From Octopus sinensis (taxonomy: Eukaryota): DNA of 64,000 bases. The stretch spans positions 83,576,001-83,640,000 of the forward strand of contig NC_043004.1 of the NCBI RefSeq assembly GCF_006345805.1, in the 5' to 3' direction. The position numbers and the translations under genes are program-made. Below are positions 49,986 through 62,827 of the stretch, piece after piece. Position 1 is the first letter of the stretch. The number at the start of each line of letters is the position of its first letter. Under the pieces are notes generated by a model that worked only from the letters and a program-made list of their open reading frames with translations, was not told the origin of the DNA and did no database searches.

Positions 49986-50569
49986 TTGAACATCTGTTGT
50001 ACATTCATACTTGTTGAGTATTAAGATAAAGAAAAATACGAATTAAAGCTATGCATGTTGTGTGTTAATAAGGAAAGTGGTGAAGGCAGAAAGCTGGCCG
50101 TTTCGTTAAGGCGGCGGAGAAAATGTTTAATGACATTTTCCCGGCTCTTTACGCACCGAGCGCGAATCCTGCAGGGATCAAATTTTGTATTCACCATTTT
50201 AGTGTCGATAAAAAACAATGTGTCAAAATAATACCGGGGTCGAAGTAGTCAACCTGACCCTTCCCCTACACTTAAAATACTGGCCGTGTGCCAAAATTGA
50301 AAGAACTAATGGATATGAGGTAAAAGGCTTTCATCGTGTCATAAATTGTATAAAATCCCCATTTGCGTAGACTTGCTTTATAAGGCTCCTTATTGAACGT
50401 GTATTTTCTATTTTGACTGTAGATTCTAATATAGATTGCTTATAATATACTAAAACAACAAGAGCAACACCAACGTCCTCAAAACGATTAGAATGAGATG
50501 ATCTTTAAAATGAGAATATCTGAAATAAACTCGGCTGCGCTCATAAACTAGAATACTAACAATGAACAC

Positions 50570-50796
50570 AACCGTTTACAAAAATTGTGCAGGAAATAGG
50601 GAAAAATAATCCAGAATCCTTGTCCTGTAACCAATCGATCCCCAAAACCGTTCAGTTCATACCAGTCACGAAGCTAAACATCCCTGAAAGTTTCATTCGA
50701 ATCCATACAGGGGTTCTTGAGATATCTTGTCCACGGACAAACAAATAAACGCGACCTAAAACAATACATCCGTCTTCGATAGGGCGGAGGTAATAA
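50570..50796 (+). mobile_element. Non-autonomous Helentron/Helitron2 (DINE-1-like) 3' fragment
   Basis: CCCTGAAAGTTTCATTCGAATCC..TTCTTGAGATATCTTG..GACAAACAAA..AAAACAATACATCCGTCTTCGATAGGGCGGAGGTAATAA, with a terminal hairpin. The family call is from memory of such elements. Confidence 0.5.
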
Positions 50797-51333
50797 CGCG
50801 TCGCACTGGTAGAATCGTTACCGCACCGAGCAAAATGCTTATCGGCATTTCGTCCTTATTACGTTATGAGTGCAAATTTCGCCTTAGCCGTATATATATA
50901 CATAATTAAGATAAAGTTATTATTAAATGATTATTTATCGGTGGAAAGCGTACCAACAACGCCATACTGTTTAATTTATAAGTATATTTATAAAAATATA
51001 ATTATAATAATTATAATGAATTGACAACACTTGTACGCTAGAAATAGGCACCAAGTGGATTATAAATCACTTGTGTAATTACACCATGTACTACAAGTTT
51101 GTATGCGAGGAAACTGGATAGAAAAGAGTCATAAAATTATTGTGGGCAACCCTATATCTTAAGATAATATATTTTGCGATATTAGAAACGCTTTCCAATC
51201 ATCAGTAGGTTAAACCAAGCGTAAATAAATGAGATATACATATACATCCCATTTATATACAGTCGTACAAATACGAATATATACATGCATTTCAGATATC
51301 ATTTCTGTCCATTTTTATAATTATACTTAAATA

Positions 51334-52616
51334 TATTAGGTTGTCAAGAAAGTTCTTGCGGGATTTTAAAATTTGGTTAGGGTGATGTATTTTCAAATTA
51401 ATTTTCGTTAAATTACTTTGACTTTATATATCATTTTAAAGCCCATTTTTCACTCTATCTAATCGGGATACTCTTTTTCTTTGTGAGTAATTAGGCCATT
51501 TTTTCCGGAACGTTGAATACATCATGGATGAAAAGCAAATTCTCACAATTTTCTAATTCCAGTTCAAGGTAGGCCAAAAAGCTACTGAAACACATCGCGA
51601 TATCAACGATGCGTTTGGCCCAGGAATCACTAATGAACTTACAGCACAATGTCGGTTCAAGAAATTTCGTAACGGAGACGAGAGTCTTGAAGATGATAAG
51701 CGTAGTGGTCGCCCATCGGATGTTGACAACGATCAACTAAGAGCCTTAGTCGAAGCCAATCCACGCACAACTGTTCGAGCGCTTGCTTATGAATTAGACG
51801 TAACGTATACGACAATTTCCTACGACTTGACAGATATTGGGAAAACAAAAATATTTGAGAAATTGGTACCGCACGAAATGAACGACAACCAAAAGAAAAA
51901 AAACGCCATTTTGAAGTGTCGTCTTCCCTTCTTTTACGCAACAAGAACGATCCGTTTCTCGACCCGATTGTGATTTGCGATGAAAAGTCGATTCTTTACG
52001 ACAACCGGCGACGCTCAGCTCAGTGGTTAGACGCCGACAAAGCTCCACAGCACTCCCCGAAGCAAAAGTTGCACCAAAAGAAGATCATGGTGACTGTTCG
52101 GTGGTCTGCGGACGGTCTCATCCATCACAGCATTTTGAATCCAAGCGAAACCATTACAGCTAAGAATTACTGTCAACAAATTGATGAAATGCATAGAAAC
52201 TCCAACAACAACCAACAATGGTTAATAGAAAAGGACCAATTCTTCTCCACCACAACGCTCGGCCGCACGTAGCACAACTGACCCTGCAGAAGTTGAACGA
52301 ATTGGGCTACGAAACTCTGCCTCATCCGCCATACTCAGGAGACCTCTCGGTTACCGACTATCACGTTTTCAAGCATCTCGACAACTTCCTGCGTGAGAAA
52401 CGCTTCAAAAACCAAGACGATGCCAAACACGCCTTCGACGACTTCATCACCACCAGAACGCAGGATTTTTGCGCATAAATAAACTTGCTTCGCGTTGGCA
52501 AAAGTGTGTTGATTCTGATGGTGTTTATTTCGATTAATAAAGTTTTGTTTGAGCCGAGATATGTGCATCTGAATTTAAAGAATAAAAGCCACAAAAACTT
52601 TCTTGACAACCTAATA
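51334..52616 (+). mobile_element. Full-length mariner (Hsmar1/cecropia-like, DD34D) with disrupted transposase (ATG 51524)
   Basis: Perfect 21-nt inverted termini including TA (TATTAGGTTGTCAAGAAAGTT / AACTTTCTTGACAACCTAATA). Peptides KFRNGDESLEDDKRSGRPS, LVPHEM, ICDEKSILYDN, HHNARPH, HPPYSGDLSVTD and RWQKCVDSDG, with stops and frameshifts. Confidence 0.95.
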
Positions 52617-54499
52617 AATTAACCAATGTGGTCTTGTTGCTACGCTGGTCACTGATAAATCATTAATAATTACTTCATCCTAATTACATATAAATATATA
52701 TTCATTCACTCCACAAACGTGTTTGCTGCGGAATTATTCTGAGTAAATATGCATATATTTGAAATGAACGATGGAGTTTTACTTCGTATATGTATATGTG
52801 AACTACATGTATTCCTTCGTATTTGTACGACTGTATATCTATGGTATGTATATGTATTTCTCATTTATTTACGATCGGTTTACTCTACTGATGATTGGAA
52901 AGCGTTTTGAGTATCGCAACCCATGAAATCTTGTCTATAATAACTGTATAAACCTTTCTGTCTATTTTCTTCGCATTGTAGTCTACTGAATAATAACTTA
53001 AGTGGTTTATAGTCCATTTGGCGCCCTTTTCTAGCATACAGGCGTTGTCACTTCTGCGGCCTTTACTATAATTGTATTTTTATAACAATACTTAAATATA
53101 TATGGAATATAATAGTCTATTGTTTTACAATTGTTGAATGCTTCATGATGACTATCAATCATGCCAATAGCTAAGCATTCAACAATCAATACTAGAAGAA
53201 TTGGAAACGGCACTAAAACCGTACGAAATTTCAATCGATCTAAAAATGTTCTTCTAACATAAAATTTCGCAACCGTATTGTAACACTGAAACGAGAAAGA
53301 CGAATTCAATTCCCATATGCTCCAACTGGTTTCCCATCATTTCTGGATATTAAAGTATCTAATACGATATCGTGTTTCAATATCATCGAATGGTTAAGTA
53401 CGGTTGCATAATAAAATTTCATCTCAATAATGTTATCATTGATGTATAAATTTAAACGATACCGTGTTGTAAATTAAACGGTATTGGTTGATAATCGCTT
53501 TTCGAAACACGTTCACTCTGATGCGCACTTTCACATGTATTTATGCAATGAGAAGGAATATTAGAAATTTTCGAAGCGCAACGCACAAGGGTCGCCATCT
53601 TGGGTTTAATACAGCAATCACATTCGTTACCACTTGATCGGTGTGGATTATGGGTTTAATGAAATGAAATCACTTCGTATTAGTTTAATTTATGTTGCCA
53701 TTACAGTAGAGCCATCAATTTAAATGCATGCTTCTGGAGAAATGATTTACTATACATCGGTGCCAACCTAATCTGTATTCAATTCATGTTAAAAACGATT
53801 ATACTTTTTAACATTCTTCGTTGGTTGTGTATTTTTGTGAGTGAGATAGGAGGAGATTGAGTGTTTGTGCATGAGTATGTGAGAGAGAGAGGGGGGAGGA
53901 AGAGAGAGAGAGTACAAATTGAGCGTGACTAATATACTGAACTTGGGAAAATAATTGCATCCATTAATATTTCAACGATTGCTTTCGTAAAAACGGTCGA
54001 CAAAAAGGAGAATAATGTGAAGTACATGTCGTTTTAATGTGCATTTTTACTATAAGAAAATGATACAAGTTATTTTATTTCAGTGGACCAGGTACATAAA
54101 CAACCTTACGCCTCGATTTTTCTTATTCTTAAAGTGACTCGCAATGGTGCATTCATTTATCTGAAGTCCAATATTAAATAGTAAGCTAAGCTCATCATGA
54201 ATGTTGTGATTAGGGGTTACCTCATCAGCACTGAAATATATTTTATTGAGGTCATTTGCTACCGTATTTACCCGGTTTAATACCCTTGGAAACATCGATA
54301 ACTAATATAGTTCCCGATCCATGAAGCAATCAATCAAATTTCTTATTCGTGTTTAAATTCATATTGAAACCGTTTTCTCTATTTCAAGATGTTTCCCCGG
54401 GTGACATAGAGTATTTGTAAAAATATGCTATTTTGTACGCTTATAAAGAGATGTTAATACATATGTCATACTGAAGTAGTTTATTCAATATTGTTGTGT

Positions 54500-54800
54500 A
54501 GAATTATAAGTTTTCAGTGACCAGAATTTGCAACACGTTTCTGTTCTCAGTAAAATCTGGGTTGTTCGAAGAATTTTCTTCGAGATAGTAATGAATATCA
54601 CAGCACACTAAGAATATTACCTTATGAAGCTTTACATGATTCAAGAAACACTTCATATAAAGTGTCTTTCCCGTTTGTGATGAGGAGGTGTGCCTTCCAC
54701 GGGAGATTTGACTACTAGTTCTAGCGTGTCTTAATAAGAAACCCCCGTTACTTTCCACTGAAGAGATTTTGTTTCCGGTTCCATCGAAGTGAATAATGAA
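54500..54800 (-). mobile_element. Possible mariner transposase relic
   Basis: MEPETKSLQWK resembles YEPETKxQSxQW; DIHYYLEEN resembles IDYLEKG. Confidence 0.35.
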
Positions 54801-54829
54801 GTACTGAAGACGATTTTACTCCGATTCTT

Positions 54830-54881
54830 TCTCACTCTCTTCCTCTCTCCCCCTCTCTCTCTCTCGTTCTCTCTCTCTCGT

Positions 54882-54912
<31 letters not shown>

Positions 54913-55030
54913 TTCTTTCTCTCCCTCTTTCTTTCTTTCTCCCTTCCTTCCTGGCTTCCTTTCTACCATCCTTTCTTTCTTTCTTCCTTTCTTTCATTCT
55001 TTCTTTCTTTCTTTCATTCATTCTTTCTTT
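54830..55030. repeat. Polypyrimidine (CT)n/(CTTT)n tract
   Basis: Directly visible. Confidence 0.92.
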
Positions 55031-55254
55031 CTCCCTTATGAAGTCGGCAACGTGAAGAGCCAAGAAAGAAATATTCGAATCCTGATTCAAGTGTATTTCC
55101 TATTTTGGGGAATCTGTACCTATTGTATCGAATCCGGAAAAATGCAAGGCAAAATCGACAGAGTTGATCTCAGAACGTAAAAAATAGAAGAAATCCCCAA
55201 AACGATCTTGTCAAATACGGAAACGTATCCTGCGAGCTTGCTGCCTAAAAAAAT

Positions 55255-55460
55255 GGTTTGATATTTTTGCGCAAGGTCATAGTTTTTGAGGAGAGGGGCA
55301 AGTCAATTACATGATCAGTATTAATTGACTGGTATTCATTTTATTGACCATTTAGACGGTGAAAGGCCATGTCGACCTTGGTGAATTTCAGCTCAGAACA
55401 TAGAAACAGACGAAACACTGCTGAGCATTTTGTCCGGCGTGCTAAAGATTCTGTGAGCCC
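55255..55460 (-). mobile_element. SINE family A, diverged
   Basis: Core and head recognisable on the minus strand. Confidence 0.75.
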
Positions 55461-55699
55461 ACCGTTTCGTGAGAATCTATATAGAGAAATCGCACTGGAC
55501 ATTGAGGCTCCGTTCGTCATGTTTCTGCTCACGAATAACCATTATATTTTAATTGTAGATGACTATTTATTGAAAATATGCATCTAGAATTAAAATATAA
55601 GAGCGATGTCGATTTTCTCTTCACCACTTTGGGGTTCACAAAATAAGTACTGTTTGAACCAAAAAATTCAAATCAAGATAAAACTAATATGACTCAGTG

Positions 55700-55835
55700 A
55701 GCCGGCAGAATCGTCAGCACGTTAAATGCTTGGTGGCATTTCGTAGATGTTTACGTTCTGAGTTCAAATTCCATCGACGTCGAACTTTCCTTTTATTTCT
55801 TCGGGGTTGATACAATAAGTACCAGCTGAGCCCCG
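55700..55835 (+). mobile_element. SINE family A, diverged
   Basis: GAGTTCAAATTCC..GTCGAACTTTCCTTT..TTCGGGGTTGATA. Confidence 0.75.
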
Positions 55836-56834
55836 GGATCATTGTTCTGGATTTAGGCTATCACCTGAAATAGCTGGTCTTGTGCTGACATTTGTCTCGA
55901 ATATATAAGTACTGTCCATAGTTTAAATAATTTATAGGAAAGAAAAATTGTAAAGTACATAAGCTTCCAACGACTTTAGGAAACCAACATGAAATTATCT
56001 GCTCTTTTGCGCACTCGAACACTTTACATCTGGAGCTGTACTGTCTAAATTAAGATTTCTGTATTGAAGTATATGTGTAAAGGAAATGAAAGAATTTCTG
56101 AATTAGCTTACTTCAAAAAAGTGAGTCAGAGCAGACAATATTTCGTATCATTGATGAATTTAAGAATTGAATAAGTAACATGTTGTTGCTAATGGTGACT
56201 GGAAGAGCTAAATATTCTCAGACTTATGCAAATCACTTGATTTAATCTTTGTAAATTTAATAAACCGAGAAATGATTCAAATTATAATTCATGTTACTTT
56301 GAGAGACTTATAGAAAACATGTTTTATATAAAAAAAAATGTGTTAAGGCATATTTTGATGTCAAACTAGGATTCATTTTATTGAGTGAAATGTACTGTAA
56401 AATGCTGTGAGTTGAAGATTTAACACTTATTTGAATTCTATTAACATTTCAAAGTGCATCTTTCACACATATTTTCATCTATAAATTTTGATGCTGTTAA
56501 ATACAGCATTATAAAATATGTTAATAATATTATCATTGCAGAAACGTATCTTATTCTTCATCTCTCATAATCTAAATAATAATCTTTAATAAGAAAGTCA
56601 GTAGTAGTTGTGTTTGCTCGACGGAAATTGGAGAAAACTTCTAAAAAAAAACCAGATTTTCCTCCAAGTTATAGTAAGTATACTGATAATTAAAATTGAA
56701 TTTCAACCTCGGCTTCCTTCCTTCTTATTCTAGCAAAATATGCTACACTATAAGATGCTAAAATATTAATAAAAATTATTGCATATGTATGATTGCATAA
56801 GTATGTATGCATATATATATATATATACATATAT

Positions 56835-56865
<31 letters not shown>

Positions 56866-57046
56866 CGTACATATACATGTATGTTTGTGTGTGTGTGTGT
56901 GTACACTCACATATATACATATAGAGAAATGTATACACACACATATATATATATATACATATATACATATATATATACATATATGCATATATATATATAT
57001 ATATAATATATATATATGCATATATATATGTGTATATATATATATA

Positions 57047-57241
57047 AACTTAGATAAACTTAGATATGTTTCGACCAAAGATTAGTCCAGGCCATGTCTA
57101 ACTTAATAGCACCACCTGATAGGATTATTCGAATCCTGTTTAAGTCAAGTTTTGTTCAAGTAGTGAGTTCTTGTTGGGTGAGTTGTATCCAATTATGGGT
57201 GGCTTATCTGGTATTCTTTGAAGGAATCTATCCAGACTCTG

Positions 57242-57245
<4 letters not shown>
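57047..57245 (-). mobile_element. 3' end of a CR1-group LINE
   Basis: Minus strand LDRFLQRIPDKPPIIGYNSPNKNSLLE resembles the CR1-group ORF2 C-terminus LDKFLxxIPDEP..GY..NSL; short UTR and a (CTAAGTTTAT)-type tandem tail. Confidence 0.55.
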
Positions 57246-57280
<35 letters not shown>

Positions 57281-57899
57281 TATCATATGTGAGTGTGTAT
57301 ATATGTGCATTTTGTATATATATGTATAATAAATAAAAAGGGATTTTAAAATGCTGGCAGATATGAATAAAACACTCAGTTTTAAAAGATTTTGGTTAAC
57401 AATATCCAACACTCAAACAAGAACAAAGGTAAGTAGAATATACAGCTAAGTTAAATCCCTATGCATGAGAAGTTGATCAAAATATCCTTCACACGAATAT
57501 CTAGATATTCAGAGCGACAAAAAGCATACGTATAGAGAATATAACGTTCTATACATACATACTCGTATACAAACACACACACACACACACATACTCCAGC
57601 GCACACGCGATGGATTAGATTCTGTAATGCTGTTGCATTTGACCATTCGCATTGTGAACATATAACTTATGTCATGTGGGACTACATAATTCTGTCTGGT
57701 ATTTAAGGTACTTATATGCTTTGCATGAAATAATGCAATAAGGGGTCACGTTACATTGGTATGAAATAAACGTATTGGAGGGGTATAAGGATTCATAAGG
57801 AAGGCGAGAATTGCTAGGGAGCATACCATAATTTAGTGCTGGTAGATATATTATTGTGTTACCGGTGTGGGGGGATAATCATAACGTGAAATTTGCGTC

Positions 57900-58440
57900 A
57901 GGTAACAAAAAACAAAATATGATGAATTATGATCAGCTTGTGTCGAGATTTACTATGTTGTAGCATGGATTATTTACTCCGTTGTAATTTTGTTAGCAAA
58001 TAAAGATTTTATCGCAAGGATTGGTATTGTTGTAAGAATAGTTTGAGTTTTATCAAATGTATGCAAGGTTTCTTCTTTTTATTTCGTAAATAATCCCGAT
58101 TATTTTGTGTCTGATGAATTCTAAAACTTTTTAGATATTTTGAATTCTTGTTAATCTACCAGACGGGAAATAGTTAGGTTATTTACAACGTCAAAATTGA
58201 TAGTAAAACTACTTTCCAGAATATTAAGTACAAATCCGTTCAATCTGTTATAATGACTTCCATTTGCGTTCTCTGGCTCTTGAAGATCTTAGACATTGAA
58301 AAATTGGTGTGACAGCATCGTTTGGACTGACCCTTCATATATTGATTAGGATGCCAATGTTTTATACCGTGTCACGAGACCAAACAATGAATTTCTTCTT
58401 TGTATTCAAACGCTATCAACTAAGAACAGATATCCAACCA
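57900..58440 (-). mobile_element. Highly degenerate Penelope-like RT relic
   Basis: Broken peptides INFDVVN and YNNTNPCDKIFIC*QNYNG resemble SFDVVNLY and ENNxFxFNxxxYLQxxG of the element at 60770. Confidence 0.4.
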
Positions 58441-58443
58441 TTT

Positions 58444-59032
58444 AAGGCGGCGAGCTGGCAGAAACGTTAGCACGCCGGGTGAAATGCTTAGCGGTATTTC
58501 GCCTGTCGTTACGTTGTGAGTTCAAATTCCGCCGAGGTCGACTTTGCCTTTCATCCTTTCGGGGTCGATAAATTAAGTACCAGTTACGCACTGGAGTCGA
58601 TGTAATCGACTTAATACCTATGTCTGTCCTAGTGTGTCCCCTTTGTGTTTAGCCCCTTGTGGGTAATAAAGAAATAGGTATTTCGCCTGTCGCTATGTTC
58701 TGAGTTCAAATTCCGCCGAAGTCAACTTTGCCTTTCATCCTTTCGGGGACGATAAATTAAGTATCAGTTACGCACTTGGGTCGATATAATCGACTTAATC
58801 CCTTTGTCTGTCCTTGTTTGTCCCCTCTGTGTTTAGCCCCTTGTGGGTAGTAAAGAAATAGGTATTTCGTCTGTTTTTATGTTCTGAGTTCAAATTCCGC
58901 CGAGGTCGACTTTGTCTTTCATCCTTTCGGGGTCGATAAATAAATTACCAATTACGCACTGGGATCGATATAATCGACTAAATCCCTTTGTTTGTCCCCT
59001 CTATGTTTATCCCCCTGTGAGCAATAAAAAAA
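58444..59032 (+). mobile_element. Trimeric SINE family A (one head plus three 184-bp units)
   Basis: GAAATAGGTATTTCG recurs at 58671 and 58855; three cores. Confidence 0.92.
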
Positions 59033-60699
59033 TATATATCCAATCATTTCCCCCATCAGTTCAGGTATCTCATCTGCCAGGGTTGGCAATTTACACACTC
59101 ATTTCTATTTACAACATGGTTCACAATCTGCTGTAATTTAGTTTGGCTTAATTCATTTATGCTGCAAGCTCACACATTGCAACTCTACACGTTAGCGATG
59201 CGTGTCAATAGTAGCTGATCATCACCGACTTTGATTTCTTTCTTCGCAGATAAAAACTACTTTAAAGTTCGTCACCCGTCTCAGCACATTCCTTCTATGT
59301 AACCCATTATTTGTTTGTAATGAATTGGAACAAGATGAAGAGGTGGTGAAGCGGGAAAATTAATCTACCAAAATGCGCAATTTGTACTACCTACATCATA
59401 TAACGAATCAATTGTGCTGATATTGTAATACTTTGAATACAATTCTAGTAAAGATGTACACAATCACTCATTGTGCACCCAAACGCACTCGCGAACGAGG
59501 GAGCGCACTCACACACATAAACACGCGCGCGCTCGCACACACATATATACACTGTGGAATCATATATCTAAACTAGAGGTCTGCGTGTGAACGGTACATC
59601 TGCAAGAAACAAGCCAAATACAAATGAAATAAACAAAAGAAATATTGAACCAGCACCTTGGATATCGTGATCCTAGTTGCCCTGAACAACTGTATCATCT
59701 TTTATCTTAGCTTGGTTCTATGGCAGCTGATCTGAGGCTAAACGACAGCAAATATGGCATATGATAGAAGAAACAATATAATTTATTGAAATATAGGCGA
59801 AATGAATTTGCCTTTCATCCGTTATGTAATAGCAATATAAGATTTATATTACCAAATAAACCTTGTTTAATATTGGAAAAATGCGCCTCTCATCGCAATC
59901 AATATAGATAACACCCAGCACGTGCTTAGTCGATCTGCTATAGATAGTGGTCAAAATTCCATCAAATTACACTCTAGCCCGAAAGAAGGAAAGGTCAAAT
60001 AAGATATTTCAGTTCAAGCATCCTGAATTTGATGTCATATATGAACAAAGAAAATTGACCATATGCCTCATCGATCAGCAGTCACTACATCTACATAATA
60101 AAAATATAGAAAATTTAATTAAAAATTATCGATTCCAGATCGATGACAAATGTACGAAGGTCGAAAAATTACATGAGACTTTCACGCGGAAAACTTCAGT
60201 CTTATCTCGTTATATAACCCGCCATGACAGTGGGGCAAAGATTACTATTAGCCGTATTCTCAGAAAGACTACTATGTATTTTTGTATCATCTGTGTAGCG
60301 CGCAGCCAGCAAAAGTGATTGATGCAACCTATGTGTAATCACAATAGGATTTTCACATCTGTCCACTTGTCAGGTATCAGTTTGACATAAAATAGCATAG
60401 GGTAGCCATATAAATTCTGTTTGCAATTCTTCACTATTCTGTTTCTCTCTCCCAATCATCTGCATGCAAACGTTACTTATACTTTATACTTGACATGAAG
60501 TTTGTCCCAAACACACATACACAGATACATATACAGACACACACAGACTTATATGCGTATATATATATATATATCCGAACATGGGATATCGTGGTACACC
60601 TTTCAATACAGTTCCAAGAACATTCACCTTAAATCACAACATAGCACCCCCGAAACAATGAGGAACAATTGCATAAAAGCTATTGTCCCAACCGCCGTA

Positions 60700-62427
60700 A
60701 TCATTCTTTAGACCCAATACGCAAACACACAGATGCAACATAGAACCAAACAGGCAGGAGGAACCAAAATTGATAAAATTTATCAATCTAAGTCACAACG
60801 AACTAACAGCAAACCAAATCAATATACTCTCCAAAGGGCTCAAGTTTACAGTGACCCCACAACGCCCCAACTACAAGGAAATGAAAGGAGACATCGCGGA
60901 AATCTGTAGAAAATTACGATTCGCTGAGGTGCTATACGACAAATACAACGAGGACGAATTGTTGGTCCGAAATAAGGGTAACTCCACCCCCTCAAAACGT
61001 AAGAACAAAACTCTTGATCATTTCTGTGAACACATCTCGAATTACCCATATGAGCATATGCATAAACAAAAACCACAAACCAAACTTCAGCAAAAAAGAA
61101 TGGCCTGAGCTAAACAAATTAAAAGATGACAAAACAGTAACAAACAAAGAGGCTGATAAAGGGAGTGCTGTTGTCTTAATGGACACTGTATACTATATAG
61201 CTCTAGTACTATCCATATTAGAAAACACAACATATGAAAAGGCCCAACACTACTGTCAGCAGAAAATAATGAGGGACCTAAAATCCATGTTGAACCTATA
61301 CAGAGGACTCACCGACAAAGAATATGACTATATGACCAATTTCAAAAGTAAAACCAATCAATTCTACGGTATTCTCAAGATACACAAAAGTGAGAAAATA
61401 AGTAAGGTATGCAGGATAATAATATCACAGTCATAATAATCAAAGTCCCTACTCCTAATGACCTCAAACCGAGACCTATATATATATGCGAAACCCATCG
61501 CCTCAGTAACTTATTAGATGCCCTCTTCAAACCATTACTCAAGCGTGTCAAAAGTTACATAAGGGACGACCTGGATATGCTCAATCACCCTCCCGAAACA
61601 ATAAACAAAAACACCCTACTGGTATCTTTCGATGTAGTCAATCTCTATTCCAGTATCTCCACACAACCTAGGAATAGAGGCAATTCAATTCTGGTTAAAG
61701 AAATACGCCAACGAACTCCCACATCGCATAAGAAAAGAATTCGAGATAGAAGAGCTAAAATCTATCTTCGATAATAACTACTTTGTTTTCGAAGACAACT
61801 TCTATCGACAAATATCGGGAACGGCGATGGGTACGACAATAATCCTCTCCTTTGCTAACCTAGTCATGGGATATCTAGAAATTAGTCTTTATCGTAAGGT
61901 TCTAGGAAAATACGGGATCCCGTTCTCCTTCTGCATAACTGGAAGAGATACCTCGTTGACTGTCTCATTCTTTGGCATGAAAGTATAGAGAGACTTATAG
62001 AATTTCAAGCACTTATAAATGGATTTGACGTAAACATTCGATTCCCGATGGAATATAGCCTGCAACAACTCCCCTTCCTTGACATCCTCATCAAGAAATC
62101 TATCAACGTAATAGAAACAGATATATACTATAAGCCCACGGACTCCAAGCAATATCATGCCACCCCAAACGAACCAGAATGAATATCCCCTTCAACCTAG
62201 CAAAAAGGATATGTACCATAGTTTCTAATGCAAGTACCAGGGACAGACGACTACATGAACTAAAGGATACACTCATCATCAGGAACTACCCACCTTCACT
62301 AATTGACATATGCCTTCAACGTGCCTTACAACTCAACATCCGCGAAATCAGACATCCCAAATTAAAGAAGCATTTGCAACCAAAAGCCCTACCATACATC
62401 TCCACACACAACTCTCTTAACAATTAA
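60700..62427 (+). mobile_element. Penelope-like retroelement RT pseudogene, truncated before the GIY-YIG endonuclease
   Basis: Across frameshifts: INLSHNELTANQINILSKGLKFTVTP, EADKGSAVVLMD, FYGILKIHK, LVSFDVVNLY, GTAMGT, WKRYLVDC (YxDD relic), LPFLDILI, TDIYYKPTDSKQY, NIPFNLAKRI and LPYISTHN. Confidence 0.92.
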
Positions 62428-62639
62428 CAATCCAATGAATTATTGGACTGTTAATTGTATCACTCTATTTAATATTTAGTTTGGAATTTGAATTATACCC
62501 ATACTTATATGATATTCATCTGACGTACCTGTGAATTGGGTGTTTTATACACTTCTTTGAAGGAATTATTTTCTTTAGTTTGTTACTCTTTCTTTTTCTT
62601 TCTTTTTCTCTTTCTCTCGCTATATATATTTTATATATA

Positions 62640-62699
<60 letters not shown>

Positions 62700-62707
62700 A
62701 ATTATTG

Positions 62708-62827
62708 AAGCCGAAAATATCTTCACAAACTGTTATGTAGTTTCTCGTTACCGTTCGTCGTACAGCCTGGCCGACGAAGCTAACGAGGGAAACACTCAGA
62801 AACAGCTTGTGAAGATTTGTTCGGCTT
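62708..62827. repeat. ~120-nt imperfect palindrome (long hairpin) next to (TA)n
   Basis: AAGCCGAA/TTCGGCTT, ATCTTCACAA/TTGTGAAGAT, CTGTT/AACAG, CTCGTTA/TAACGAG and TTCGTCG/CGACGAA pair in nested order. Confidence 0.8.

Noticed and set aside
58497-59030. Regular 184-bp repeats and other repeat-spacer-like patterns as a CRISPR array
   Set aside because: The units are whole SINE bodies with no unique spacers, there are no cas genes, and the context is eukaryotic.
59947-60318. 123-aa ORF upstream of the Penelope relic
   Set aside because: Starts at GTG inside a short interspersed repeat; no recognisable domain; cannot be tied to the PLE ORF.
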